Positions 38,313-48,258 of a stretch of 64,000 nt of DNA are shown piece after piece. The translations under genes and the position numbers were made by a program. The stretch spans positions 928,001 through 992,000 of the forward strand of contig CBDBGZ010000009.1 of the NCBI GenBank assembly GCA_965205425.1. Reading direction: 5' to 3'. Source of the stretch: Nitrosopumilus sp. GTDB lineage: Archaea > Thermoproteota > Nitrososphaeria > Nitrososphaerales > Nitrosopumilaceae. How positions within the stretch are numbered: position 1 is the first letter of the stretch; every line of letters begins with the position of its first letter. Under the pieces are notes generated by a model. That model did no database searches and had not been told where the DNA came from. It worked only from the letters and a program-made list of their open reading frames with translations.

Positions 38313-39368
38313 ATGACTGATTTGTATAGATTACTTCCAGAAGAGATGGAACAACTTGTAATTGATATGGGGTATCCTAGATATCGAGCAGATCAAATTT
38401 TACTTCCACTTTACTATAAATTTCCAAAAGATCTAGATGGAATACCACAACTCCCAAAAAAATTAAGAGAAGAATTAACTGTCGCAGGATATACAATCGG
38501 TTCTGCAAAAGAGACACATCGTGTTGTAAGTGAGGATGGTGACACAACAAAGCTATTACTCAATCTAACTGATAATAATTCTGTAGAAACTGTTTTGATG
38601 CAATATGATCCATCTAAGATAGGAGGTCATCCACGTTCCACTATTTGTGTTTCAACTCAAATTGGCTGTGCAATGGGATGTGTATTTTGTGCAACTGGTC
38701 AAATGGGTTTTGAAACAAATCTAAAGGCAGAACATATTGTATCACAAGTAATCCACTTTGCAGAAATATTACAACAACGAGGTGAACATGTAACAAACTT
38801 AGTTTTTATGGGTATGGGGGAACCTATGGCAAATTATGATGAAATGATTAGAGCTGTAAAAATTTTAACACATGATAGAGGATTTGGATTAGGTCAACGA
38901 CATATCACAATTTCTACTATTGGAATTAGATCCGGAATTGAAAAACTTGCAGAAGAAAATCTACAAATTGGTCTTGCAATTTCTCTTCATGCTCCAAACA
39001 ATAAACTAAGAAAAGATTTGGTTCCTACTGCAAGTCCAAACTCTGTAGAAGAAATAATAGAAATGGGCAGAAATTATTTTAAAAAAACTGGGCGTCGTGT
39101 AACCTTTGAGTATGCACTTATGGAAGGGATTAATGACTCTCCTGAAATCGCAACAGAGTTGGCTAACCTTTTAGATGGAAATGGTTCTCATGTGAATTTG
39201 ATTCCTATTAACCCGACTGCTGGTGATTTCAAGCGTCCATCAGAAAAAAATGTCAAAGAATTTGAACAAATTTTGTCCAAGACTGGAGTAAATTGTACTG
39301 TTAGAATCGAAAAAGGTACTGAGATTTCAGCTGCATGTGGCCAACTTAGAACTGATCTTGCTGATTAA
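38313..39368 (+). CDS. rlmN: RlmN-type radical SAM RNA methyltransferase
   Basis: CAMGCVFC, MGMGEP, SLHAP, AACGQL motifs. Confidence 0.92.
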   Translation: MTDLYRLLPEEMEQLVIDMGYPRYRADQILLPLYYKFPKDLDGIPQLPKKLREELTVAGYTIGSAKETHRVVSEDGDTTKLLLNLTDNNSVETVLMQYDPSKIGGHPRSTICVSTQIGCAMGCVFCATGQMGFETNLKAEHIVSQVIHFAEILQQRGEHVTNLVFMGMGEPMANYDEMIRAVKILTHDRGFGLGQRHITISTIGIRSGIEKLAEENLQIGLAISLHAPNNKLRKDLVPTASPNSVEEIIEMGRNYFKKTGRRVTFEYALMEGINDSPEIATELANLLDGNGSHVNLIPINPTAGDFKRPSEKNVKEFEQILSKTGVNCTVRIEKGTEISAACGQLRTDLAD

Positions 39369-39421
39369 ATCTCTCTATCTTTTCTAAGTCTTAAAATAGG
39401 GCTTTTCAAGGTTTTACACTC

Positions 39422-39721
39422 ATGGCAACTAAGAAATCTTCTGGTCGTTCTCATGGATTTAAGCATAAATCAAGATCAGTGATGAAGAAAAAGGCCCCTA
39501 GAGGAGTCTCATTTTTGTTACGTGAATACCAAGAAGGTCAACAAGCACTTGTCATTATTGATCCAAGACAGCATAAAGGATTGCCACATCGACGATACCA
39601 TGGTAAAGTAGGTTTGATTACACATGTTGGTAGACGTTCTGTTACATTAAGTGTAAAATTAGGAGAAAAGCCAAAAACCTTAATCACTAGGTTAGATCAC
39701 ATTAAACCATTCGGTGTATGA
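39422..39721 (+). CDS. rpl21e: Ribosomal protein L21e
   Basis: KGLPHRRYHGKVG. Confidence 0.95.
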   Translation: MATKKSSGRSHGFKHKSRSVMKKKAPRGVSFLLREYQEGQQALVIIDPRQHKGLPHRRYHGKVGLITHVGRRSVTLSVKLGEKPKTLITRLDHIKPFGV

Positions 39722-39722
39722 T

Positions 39723-40049
39723 ATGGAAGAAGTAAAAAAGAAACAAGCTATTTCTCTTGCAGAAGTTAAAGAAATTTTAGGCAAAGTTGATGTTGAAGAA
39801 ATGGATCAAATTCAACGTTGGACATATGATTATGTTTCAAAATTTGTGTCAACTGAATCAAAAGATGCAAAAGATATGAAAAAACAACTCATCAAAGAAT
39901 GTGAATTAACAGAAGATGAATCTGTTGAGATAGTTAACATTAGACCTACAAGTTTAGCAGAACTACGTTCCTTCACATTCGGATGGAAAAAATTAATTCT
40001 TGCAGAGACTCTAGAAAAAATGCTCAAGATAATCAAGGAGCATTCGTAA
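39723..40049 (+). CDS. rpo4: RNA polymerase subunit Rpo4/F
   Basis: IVNIRP....ELR; conserved L21e-RpoF-DUF655-KsgA gene order. Confidence 0.9.
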   Translation: MEEVKKKQAISLAEVKEILGKVDVEEMDQIQRWTYDYVSKFVSTESKDAKDMKKQLIKECELTEDESVEIVNIRPTSLAELRSFTFGWKKLILAETLEKMLKIIKEHS

Positions 40050-40069
40050 GTTTTTAGGAGCATTCTATT

Positions 40070-40636
40070 TTGTATCGGGCACAACCCCCACCTCGAAAGT
40101 ATGAGGAGCATGCATATGTTTTGGATTTTAACTCTAGAGGAAAATCATCTACTGTACGTGGTAGGGATGGAATAATCATTACTGCAATTGGAGAAGACAG
40201 ATTAACTCTTTTAGAAGTTCTTGGTATTCCAAATTCTACATTTGAGATTGGTGAGAAAATCTATATCGGAAAAGAAGGACGAACAAAAGTTCTATCCGTT
40301 TTAGGAAAAATGGAATATGGCAAAATTTCATCATCTGCTCAAAGTGAACTTGAAACAGTAGTAGAAACTATTGTATCTGATAATGAATCAAAATTTGTTG
40401 AATATCTCAATAAAGCACAACCTCTAACTCCTAGGATTCATGCTCTGGAATTAATTCCAGGAATTGGAAAAACATACATGAAAACCATGCTCGAAGAAAG
40501 AGAAAAGAAAAAGTTTGAAAGCTATCAGGATTTACAAGAACGTGTTGGGTTTAAGGAACCTGTTAAACATATTTCTGAACGAATCTTAGATGAAATCACT
40601 GGTGAAAGTAGAATGAATCTCTTCGTTAAGAGATGA
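40070..40636 (+). CDS. DUF655 RNA-binding protein
   Basis: EEHAYVLDF and RIHALELIPGIGK motifs. Confidence 0.9.
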   Translation: MYRAQPPPRKYEEHAYVLDFNSRGKSSTVRGRDGIIITAIGEDRLTLLEVLGIPNSTFEIGEKIYIGKEGRTKVLSVLGKMEYGKISSSAQSELETVVETIVSDNESKFVEYLNKAQPLTPRIHALELIPGIGKTYMKTMLEEREKKKFESYQDLQERVGFKEPVKHISERILDEITGESRMNLFVKR

Positions 40637-41340
40637 TAAAAAGAAAAAAACTTGGACAACATTTTCTAAACTCTAAATCTATAGCCAAATCTATTGTTTC
40701 TGAGGCAAAAATCACAAAAAATGATGTTGTATTTGAAATTGGAATTGGCCAGGGAATTTTAACTCCTCTTTTATGCCAAAATGCTAAGAAAGTTATTTCC
40801 GTTGATTTTGATGAAACACTAGTCCAAAATGCAAAATCTAAATTTTTTGATATTGATAATTTAGTTTTAAAATCAGGTGATGGTTTTAAGAAAAAAGATA
40901 ATTTTACTATTTTTGTATCCAATCTTCCTTATTCTCGCAGTAAGGATGCAATTGAATGGCTAGCACAAACTTCTTTCTCTCATGGTGTAATCATGGTTCA
41001 AAAAGAATTTGCTGATAAATTACTTGCAAAATCCTCAAAACAAAGAAAAGCTGTTAGCATTATTGCAACTCATGCATTTGAAATTACTGTTATTTCTAAA
41101 GTGAGCAAAAATAATTTTTCCCCTCCCCCAAAAATTGATTCAGTGATTCTAAAAATCGTTAAAAAAAATGATCCAAAAAATAATCTTATTCAAACTGTCA
41201 ACAAAATATTCTCATATCGAAGGAAAACTGTAAAGAATATTTTAAAACAATTCAGTATAGAATCTATGGTGGATAAACGTGTTGATGATCTTTCTGGAGA
41301 TGAAATAATAGATCTTGCAAACAAAATACTTGAAAAATGA
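40633..41340 (+). CDS. rsmA: 16S rRNA dimethyltransferase KsgA/Dim1
   Basis: LGQHFL, EIGIG.G, SNLPY, FSPPPKIDS motifs. Confidence 0.93.
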   Translation: MIKRKKLGQHFLNSKSIAKSIVSEAKITKNDVVFEIGIGQGILTPLLCQNAKKVISVDFDETLVQNAKSKFFDIDNLVLKSGDGFKKKDNFTIFVSNLPYSRSKDAIEWLAQTSFSHGVIMVQKEFADKLLAKSSKQRKAVSIIATHAFEITVISKVSKNNFSPPPKIDSVILKIVKKNDPKNNLIQTVNKIFSYRRKTVKNILKQFSIESMVDKRVDDLSGDEIIDLANKILEK

Positions 41341-41848
41341 TGAGTATCCTCCTTCTGAGGATACTTTTTTTATAGTGGATAATATTGAGAATGAAACAGG
41401 AAATTTTGCTTTAGATGTTGGAAGTGGTTCTGGATATCTAACAAAATTACTATCAAAGAATTTTTCATTTGTTGTTGGTACTGATATCAATTTTGATGTA
41501 TTGAAAAACCAAACTTACAAAACAGAAAATCTAGTTTGTTGTAACGGCTCTGATGCTTTAAAAATAAAATTTGATTTCATTGTGTGTAATTTACCTTATC
41601 TTGCAACCACTGAAATTCTAGATATTGCAACTGATGGTGGTAAAGATGGATTTGAGATTCCTAAAAAAATATTTGATTCTGTAATTGAAAATATGACTGA
41701 GAATGGAAAATTTATTTTTGTTACATCTTCATTATCAAACTATCCAAAATTGATTGAATATGCTCAAAAATTAGGCTTGGAAACTAGAATTATGGCAAAA
41801 AAGAAATTATTTTTTGAGGAATTAATTCTTGTAGAAACTACTAGGTGA
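41315..41848 (+). CDS. HemK/PrmC-like methyltransferase
   Basis: YPPSEDTF, DVGSGSG, NLPYL, DGG motifs. Confidence 0.85.
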   Translation: MQTKYLKNDEYPPSEDTFFIVDNIENETGNFALDVGSGSGYLTKLLSKNFSFVVGTDINFDVLKNQTYKTENLVCCNGSDALKIKFDFIVCNLPYLATTEILDIATDGGKDGFEIPKKIFDSVIENMTENGKFIFVTSSLSNYPKLIEYAQKLGLETRIMAKKKLFFEELILVETTR

Positions 41849-42880
41849 TTATTTTCTTAAATTTTCTTTTGCATATGTGATAATTGCATCAGTCATTTGT
41901 GTAGTAGATGCATCGCCACCAATATCCCATGTTACTGCTTTTCCTTCATTGATTACTTGCTCAGTTGCAACAAAGATTGCATCTCTAACTTCACGTTCAC
42001 CCATATAATCTGCCATCCAAGCTCCTGATAGGACAGTTGCAGTTGGGTTAACTTTATTTTGTCCTGCAAATTGTGGAGCACTTCCATGTGCTGCTTCAAA
42101 CATTGCATAATTATCTCCAATATTGGCAGAATAGATCAATCCAATTGAACCTACAAGAGCTGATGCCAGTTCAGAAATAATATCCATAAATAAATTGGTA
42201 CTAACTAATACAGAACCATCAAACTGTTCAGTTGCAATAACCATTTGTTGAGCCATGTTGTCTATGTAAATTTCAGATAATTCAATTCCAGTACCTTCAA
42301 CTGCTTTTTGTGTTTCATCCCAAAATATTCCATCCGTTTGTTTTAGGATGTTTCTTTTTGTAATTGCAACCATTTTTTTCATATTGAATTTGTTTGCCCA
42401 GTCTACTGCAGAATCAACTAACCTTCTACTTCCTTGTCTAGTAATCTTTCTAATTGCTATTGCAGCATCATCTGTAATTTTTGTCTCTACCCCTGTATAG
42501 AGTCCTTCAGTTGCTTCTCTGAAACATACACAATCAAGTTTTCTATTTGGTGTTAATCTATCATAAGTTTTAGTTGGTCTGATATTTGCATAAAGATCAA
42601 ATTTTTGTCTTAATGTAACTGCTACACTTCTAGGTGCACCTGGAACTGGAATTGTGGTTGTTGGTCCCTTAAAACAACAGTCTGCCTCTTCTAAAGTTTT
42701 CATCGTTGAATCAGGAATGTATGATGTATCTTTTCTACCATTTTTGTCCCATTGCTCTGAGCCTGCTTCACAAAGAATTAACTCTGATTGAAAGTTACAT
42801 TCCTTTAGAACTCTTAACATTGAATCTACAACTTCTGGTCCAATACCATCTCCTTTCATCACAGCAGCTTTTTTACTCAA
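41849..42880 (-). CDS. Isocitrate/isopropylmalate dehydrogenase family protein
   Basis: [24 protein letters not shown] motifs. Confidence 0.92.
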   Translation of the reverse strand: MSKKAAVMKGDGIGPEVVDSMLRVLKECNFQSELILCEAGSEQWDKNGRKDTSYIPDSTMKTLEEADCCFKGPTTTIPVPGAPRSVAVTLRQKFDLYANIRPTKTYDRLTPNRKLDCVCFREATEGLYTGVETKITDDAAIAIRKITRQGSRRLVDSAVDWANKFNMKKMVAITKRNILKQTDGIFWDETQKAVEGTGIELSEIYIDNMAQQMVIATEQFDGSVLVSTNLFMDIISELASALVGSIGLIYSANIGDNYAMFEAAHGSAPQFAGQNKVNPTATVLSGAWMADYMGEREVRDAIFVATEQVINEGKAVTWDIGGDASTTQMTDAIITYAKENLRK

Positions 42881-42991
42881 AACTGCAAGATTTTGAGGCG
42901 ATTATTATTTAATTCTACCTTGAATTTGAAATGATTTCTACATATTTTCTATAGAGATGATTTAATACCTAATTTAACAAATAATATTCAA

Positions 42992-43738
42992 ATGCAGATA
43001 GTTCAAATCTCTGATCTACATGTCGGTTCTCAATTTTTACAAGAGAAATTTGATGTCTTAGTTGATGAAGTAAATGAACTAAACCCTGATGTTATCATAA
43101 TTACTGGTGATTTAACCAATGAAGGATTAATGAAAGAATATGAAAAATGTAAATATCTTTTAGAAAAATTCAATACAAAAAAAATTATTACTATTAGTGG
43201 AAATCATGATTATAGAAACACTGGTTATCTTTTATTCAAAAAATTCTTTCCATTTGAAACTGTAAATGAATTAGGTGATGATGTCGTTTTAGTTACTGTT
43301 GGAACTGCAAGGCCTGATAGAAATGAAGGTGAAGTAGGATATAGACAAAACTTGTGGTTGGAGAGAACTATGAAAAAATATCCTGATAGAGTAAAAATTG
43401 TAGCAATGCATCATCATTTAATTGCAATTCCTGATACCGGCTCTGATCAACTCACTGTTGTTGATGCAGGTGACGTACTTCGAACTATTTTAGATTCTAA
43501 TGTTGATGTAGTACTATGTGGGCATAAACATAGACCGTGGGCTTGGAATTTTAGATCACTAACTGTAGTTAATGCTGGAACTGCTACATCTGAACGAGTC
43601 CGTGGATTCTTTGATAATACTTACAATATCCTTACTATTTCTAACAAAAAAGTGCATGTAGATCTAAAAATTGTTGGTGGAAAAAGACTACCTATTGATG
43701 AAATTGTGAATAATTACAGCCAATTCAATAACGAATGA
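42992..43738 (+). CDS. Calcineurin-like metallophosphoesterase
   Basis: SDLH, TGD, GNHD, HH, GHKH motifs. Confidence 0.92.
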   Translation: MQIVQISDLHVGSQFLQEKFDVLVDEVNELNPDVIIITGDLTNEGLMKEYEKCKYLLEKFNTKKIITISGNHDYRNTGYLLFKKFFPFETVNELGDDVVLVTVGTARPDRNEGEVGYRQNLWLERTMKKYPDRVKIVAMHHHLIAIPDTGSDQLTVVDAGDVLRTILDSNVDVVLCGHKHRPWAWNFRSLTVVNAGTATSERVRGFFDNTYNILTISNKKVHVDLKIVGGKRLPIDEIVNNYSQFNNE

Positions 43739-43770
43739 ATTTATTTACAGATTCATTTTAGGCATATCAT

Positions 43771-43857
43771 GCGGGGGTCGCCTAGCCTGGTAGGGCGTGA
43801 GATTGCTAATTTCATGTTCGCAAGAACTCGTGGGTTCGAATCCCTCTCCCCGCGCCA
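43771..43857 (+). tRNA. tRNA-Ser(GCT)
   Basis: Acceptor stem GCGGGGG/TCCCCGC, anticodon arm TGAGA-TTGCTAA-TTTCA, long variable arm, GTTCGAATCC, encoded CCA. Confidence 0.95.
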
Positions 43858-43892
43858 TTAAAACTTAATAGACCGATTCGAGAAGTTTTTGC

Positions 43893-44054
43893 ATGGGACG
43901 AAGAAAAACTCAAAAAATCATCCGTACTGGCCCAAAAAATGCCACAACTGGAATGTGTCCTCTTTGTAAAACAATTGGTAAAATTTTCATTCTTGGCTCA
44001 CCTGGAGAAGAGAGAGCAAAGTGTGAAAAATGTCGTCAAGAATTTGAATTATAG
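43893..44054 (+). CDS. Small Zn-ribbon protein, Elf1-like
   Basis: MGRRKTQK...CPLC...CEKC, 53 aa; below the ORF-track cutoff. Confidence 0.65.
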   Translation: MGRRKTQKIIRTGPKNATTGMCPLCKTIGKIFILGSPGEERAKCEKCRQEFEL

Positions 44055-44127
44055 TTCAAAAAGCTAACCTGACCATCAAAATATTTACCCATAACTTTTT
44101 AAGACAATTTTTTTCAAATAGATAATC

Positions 44128-44298
44128 ATGAGTTCAGAAGCTGAAACCATCTATGAGAGAGTTGCAAAACTTGAAGACGAAATTGCATTGCTCAGAAGTG
44201 AAGTTGATATTCTAAAACGAGCATTAAGAAATAAAATTGCTCGTCATGAAATCTCAATGATCAAAAAAGGCAGTGACGTAGATTCAATTATTGATTAA
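44128..44298 (+). CDS. Small coiled-coil protein
   Basis: MSSEAETIYERVAKLEDEIALLRSEVDILKRAL..., 56 aa. Confidence 0.7.
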   Translation: MSSEAETIYERVAKLEDEIALLRSEVDILKRALRNKIARHEISMIKKGSDVDSIID

Positions 44299-45113
44299 TT
44301 TTTTATCTTTATACTTCTAATCAATTCTAAAATAAAATCTACATCTTCCGCGTTTGGGTTTATTTCTAAATATTTATTCAAATATTTCAAAGCAATTTTA
44401 GAATTTTGTAATCTTTCTTCTAAGATCCCTTTATCTCTAATATCTTCAGGTGATTCAGGTTCAATTGCTAAAACCATGTTTACACAACGTAATGCTTTTT
44501 CATAAACAAATGATTGGACATAGGAATTTTTCAAATTACGTGTTAATCTAATTAGTATTTGTTCTGATTTCACTTCGTCTAGAAATTCTGGTTGAAATTC
44601 TAACTGTCCACCATAATTTGCATCCAGTATATCTTGAAGATCATCAACATCTAACAGGCGCCCATCATAAAATGGATCTAAAATCATTTCTTCATTATAT
44701 TTTACCAAAATATGGCTGGGAAATCCGACTATTTTTAGATCTAATCCGATGAATTTTGCAATTTCAGCATATAGTATTGAAATAGTAATTGGAAGACCGG
44801 TTTTTTTATCAATTACTTCATTTAGAAAATTATTTTTTGGATTATAGTAATCATCATCATCTCCACTAAAGCCTAAATTTTCAAAAAGATGTTCATTTAA
44901 CATTGAAATCAAATATGTTGGATTTTTGACGTCACTAATTGACTCTTTTAGAGATTTTCCGATTCGATTAATTTTCTTGATATAATCATCTACATCAAGT
45001 TCTGGATATTCCAAAATCTGAGCAAATTTTAAACATTTTTCAACCAAGTTGAAGTTTGGATTTTTTACAAATGAAAGCCATTCTGCAACTAATGGATCAA
45101 ATTTTTCTTCCAA
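44295..45113 (-). CDS. SirB1 / transglutaminase-like TPR protein
   Basis: YYNPKNNFL...GLPITIS...FPSH, DPF, C-terminal TPR. Confidence 0.88.
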   Translation of the reverse strand: MEEKFDPLVAEWLSFVKNPNFNLVEKCLKFAQILEYPELDVDDYIKKINRIGKSLKESISDVKNPTYLISMLNEHLFENLGFSGDDDDYYNPKNNFLNEVIDKKTGLPITISILYAEIAKFIGLDLKIVGFPSHILVKYNEEMILDPFYDGRLLDVDDLQDILDANYGGQLEFQPEFLDEVKSEQILIRLTRNLKNSYVQSFVYEKALRCVNMVLAIEPESPEDIRDKGILEERLQNSKIALKYLNKYLEINPNAEDVDFILELIRSIKIKN

Positions 45114-45116
45114 TTA

Positions 45117-46340
45117 TCACAAACTCAGTTTATTGAGATATAGTTGTGGATCCTTGAGTTCCCTTGTGTTTGGTGGTATTTCTATCATTTTTTTGAAGGT
45201 ATCCTTGCCTAGCTTTTCATAGATTATTTTTGTAAAGTCCTTCCCCATACTCTTCCTAACTTGATATGATGAAAAATCAGTTCCCATAAAGGTTGTAAGA
45301 TAATTTTGAAAATCTGAATCATCTTTTAATATATTTTCAATTGCAAAAGCTGCCATTCCTTCCATTGCTGTAAATGCTGCATGATGTTGTTGTATTGGAA
45401 CTAACCATTTTTTGTAAATATCTAACAGTTGGGGAATTGATTCTCCTATCTTTGGATCTATTTCTACATGAGTAAATGTCATCACATCTGGCCCTATCTG
45501 CTCTATTAAGAAATGATCTGGATTCAAAAAGAAAAATAAATTAGCTTTTTTTGCAAAAGGAAAATCATCTGGTACAGCTTGTAATTGACAATATTCTGAT
45601 AACTTGTTAACTGTTTCAGTATCTAGCGATAAGATAATTTTTGCTAACTCTTCATTAATTCTATTAACTTCCATTGCAGCGTTTTTGTTTACTTGTTGAA
45701 GATTTTCTTGTATTGAGTGAATCAATTCTTCAAGCACTGTCATCTTTACGGCACCAAGATATCCTGAATTAACATTTTCAAATCTTGCTTCATACGGTTC
45801 TCCCTGTTTGTGGAGAATAATTTGAGGATATCTTGACAAAATGAATTTGTTTAAATAAATTATTGAATCAAGATAGTCTCCGTATGTTGTTGTAATTTTA
45901 GAAATATATTGAATTGCATATGTTGAATATACCAAATATTTTGCTGTATCTTGTTGCATCAATTCTGCGATCTTTTTCAAATCTTCTTTTGCAACTGCAT
46001 TGAATAATTCTGTAACAAACTCTTTTGATTCTTTATCTGCAAAAACTTTTTTTCCTTTCACTCTCTTTAATTCTTCTAATTCTGGAAAATTTAGTGTTAT
46101 GTTTTCTGGAACCTTGATTCCAAGAAATTCTTCTACTTTATTTTTAAAATCTGGCAATATTTCATTTGCAATTTCATCTAATTTCTTGAATTGTACCTTA
46201 TTTGCAATATCATCATTAGCTTTAACTGCCAAGCCTACAATTTCTCTTTCTTCATCAATTTCAACTGATAATTGTCCAAACAGAGCCTCTGCGAATTCTT
46301 GAAATTCTCCCAATTTGCATAAAATCCTAAAATACTCCAT
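45117..46340 (-). CDS. Hypothetical protein, zincin-like
   Basis: LEELIHS...EGMA resembles a degenerate HExxH...E. Confidence 0.6.
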   Translation of the reverse strand: MEYFRILCKLGEFQEFAEALFGQLSVEIDEEREIVGLAVKANDDIANKVQFKKLDEIANEILPDFKNKVEEFLGIKVPENITLNFPELEELKRVKGKKVFADKESKEFVTELFNAVAKEDLKKIAELMQQDTAKYLVYSTYAIQYISKITTTYGDYLDSIIYLNKFILSRYPQIILHKQGEPYEARFENVNSGYLGAVKMTVLEELIHSIQENLQQVNKNAAMEVNRINEELAKIILSLDTETVNKLSEYCQLQAVPDDFPFAKKANLFFFLNPDHFLIEQIGPDVMTFTHVEIDPKIGESIPQLLDIYKKWLVPIQQHHAAFTAMEGMAAFAIENILKDDSDFQNYLTTFMGTDFSSYQVRKSMGKDFTKIIYEKLGKDTFKKMIEIPPNTRELKDPQLYLNKLSL

Positions 46341-46409
46341 TTAAGATTATCTTGGTTTTTCTTAACAAAGAAATTATTAATTCTAAAATCATTGTTTTGG
46401 TATCCTGAA

Positions 46410-47282
46410 ATGTTAGAATCCAGTCTTGAATTTTTAAAATGTGTAAATTGTAGTTCAAAATTAGAATTAAACACTTTCAAACATACTAAAGAAATTGTAG
46501 AAGGAATTTTAATATGTAAAAAATGTCAAAAACAATTCCCAATTATAGACAAAATTCCTATTTTGTGGAATGATTTCTCACTGTATCTCTCATCTCGTAA
46601 AAAGTTGGGTGGTGAACTTTACCAATTAATTGAGAATCAAAATTTGAAGAAATTTTGTAAAACTGCATTATTAAAAATTAATCAAACTATTGATGATAGA
46701 ACTGCCCTTGAAGAACGTTGGGCAATTATCTATCAAAATAGTAAATCTTCAAAATTTTATTCTGAAATAAAAAAAAATCTTTGTATGTTAAAAAAAACAA
46801 ATCTTGTTTTAGAATATGGTTGTTCAATTGGATTATTGACATCATTTTTGGCCAAATCTAATCAAATGGTTTTTGGAATAGACCGTTCATTCACTGCTTT
46901 AAGACATGCTAAAAAATCTTATAAAAACAACCTTGATTATGTTGTAGCTGATTTTCTATCCCCTGTATTTGGGAAATCTAAATTTGATATTGTTTTAGCT
47001 CTCAATGTATTGGAATTGGTGGAACCTATGAAGTTCTTAAATCATATTTCAAAACAAATTACTAAGGGCCATTTTATTATCAGTGACCCTTATGATTTTG
47101 ATCGTGGTGTTAATTCTGTTAAAAACACTCTTGATGAAATATCATTACGTGAGAATTTAAAAAATTTAGAATTTAAAATCACCCCAAAAACAAAAATCCC
47201 ATCCCACATTCCTTGGATTTTAAAATTAAATCCTCGTGCCAAGTTGAACTATGGCGTAGATTTGGTAATTGCTGAAAAATAA
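46410..47282 (+). CDS. Trm112-like domain fused to class I SAM methyltransferase
   Basis: CVNC...CKKC..FPIIDKIP and LEYGCSIG motifs. Confidence 0.8.
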   Translation: MLESSLEFLKCVNCSSKLELNTFKHTKEIVEGILICKKCQKQFPIIDKIPILWNDFSLYLSSRKKLGGELYQLIENQNLKKFCKTALLKINQTIDDRTALEERWAIIYQNSKSSKFYSEIKKNLCMLKKTNLVLEYGCSIGLLTSFLAKSNQMVFGIDRSFTALRHAKKSYKNNLDYVVADFLSPVFGKSKFDIVLALNVLELVEPMKFLNHISKQITKGHFIISDPYDFDRGVNSVKNTLDEISLRENLKNLEFKITPKTKIPSHIPWILKLNPRAKLNYGVDLVIAEK

Positions 47283-47302
47283 AAAATAATATTCAAATTT
47301 CT

Positions 47303-47428
47303 TTACATTTCTACTCTGGTATTCTTTGATTGTTCCTTTAATTTCTTAAACCATGACTGGGTTTTTTCATTAATTTCAGACATTAATTCATCCATTTCTT
47401 TTTGATAAAGTTCATTTGAATCAGTCAT
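47303..47428 (-). CDS. Small hypothetical protein
   Basis: MTDSNELYQKEMDELM..., 41 aa, read manually. Confidence 0.45.
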   Translation of the reverse strand: MTDSNELYQKEMDELMSEINEKTQSWFKKLKEQSKNTRVEM

Positions 47429-47496
47429 GTGTGAAGAAATTGATTTTTAGTTAATAAACAGGTGTATGAAAAATTAAATCCAGTCTTTTTATATTC

Positions 47497-47709
47497 TTAC
47501 TTGGACTTTACCATTTGATTACAACTTCCGCAGCCATTTTTCCTTGTACCAAACCAGATCAATGCTGATGGCATTAGTGCATAAAGAACCATGGCGTTTG
47601 GAAATCCCAACAATGCATCATTTCCTGTAATGTATCCTGATACTAACACTGAAAACATTCCAAGTGCAATAATCACTGAAATTTTATTTAATTTGTCTTT
47701 TCCATTCAT
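47497..47709 (-). CDS. Small two-TM protein with C-terminal CxxC
   Basis: Hydrophobic segments, CGSC. Confidence 0.65.
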   Translation of the reverse strand: MNGKDKLNKISVIIALGMFSVLVSGYITGNDALLGFPNAMVLYALMPSALIWFGTRKNGCGSCNQMVKSK

Positions 47710-47761
47710 ATAATTTCATCCGTAATTCATATTGAATCAAATTTCTAAATGAACTCAATTT

Positions 47762-47911
47762 TTATCCACACGAATTACACTCAAATTTCTTTTTAGATTG
47801 ATGAGCTTTTTCCATATGACGTAATGTTCTTTGTGAATCAGAAAATTCCATGTTGCATTTTGGACAAATATTACCAACAATGATTTCTTTTTTACGTGAA
47901 AGCAAACCCAT
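47762..47911 (-). CDS. Small C2H2 zinc-finger protein
   Basis: CPKCNMEF.....LRHMEKAH...CNSCG, 49 aa, read manually. Confidence 0.7.
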   Translation of the reverse strand: MGLLSRKKEIIVGNICPKCNMEFSDSQRTLRHMEKAHQSKKKFECNSCG

Positions 47912-47952
47912 ATTTTTTCTCGAATTATTTAGACATAAAATTCTTTTATTAA

Positions 47953-48255
47953 TTATTTTTCTCTATTTTTGGTATTATCTCTAATGGCATCATACATTGC
48001 AAGGAACTGTTCAGGCTCATTTTGTCTATAGTTTTTTTCAAGTCTTTGCATTTCTTGATGAGTTAATTGCTCTCCTTTATTTTCATGATATTCTTTAATT
48101 ATTTCTAAAGGTGTTTTCTTGATATCATATTTTTGAAGTGTTTGATTAACCGATCTTTTAGCAAGGATATCTCGGAGCAAAAATTTATGGACTAGATATG
48201 AAGATAATCCGATAATTACAACAATTAGAATTGGTATTATGATGATTGATGCCAA
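47953..48255 (-). CDS. Membrane-anchored hypothetical protein
   Basis: N-terminal TM; directly downstream of the SPFH gene. Confidence 0.7.
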   Translation of the reverse strand: MASIIIIPILIVVIIGLSSYLVHKFLLRDILAKRSVNQTLQKYDIKKTPLEIIKEYHENKGEQLTHQEMQRLEKNYRQNEPEQFLAMYDAIRDNTKNREK

Positions 48256-48258
48256 TGT

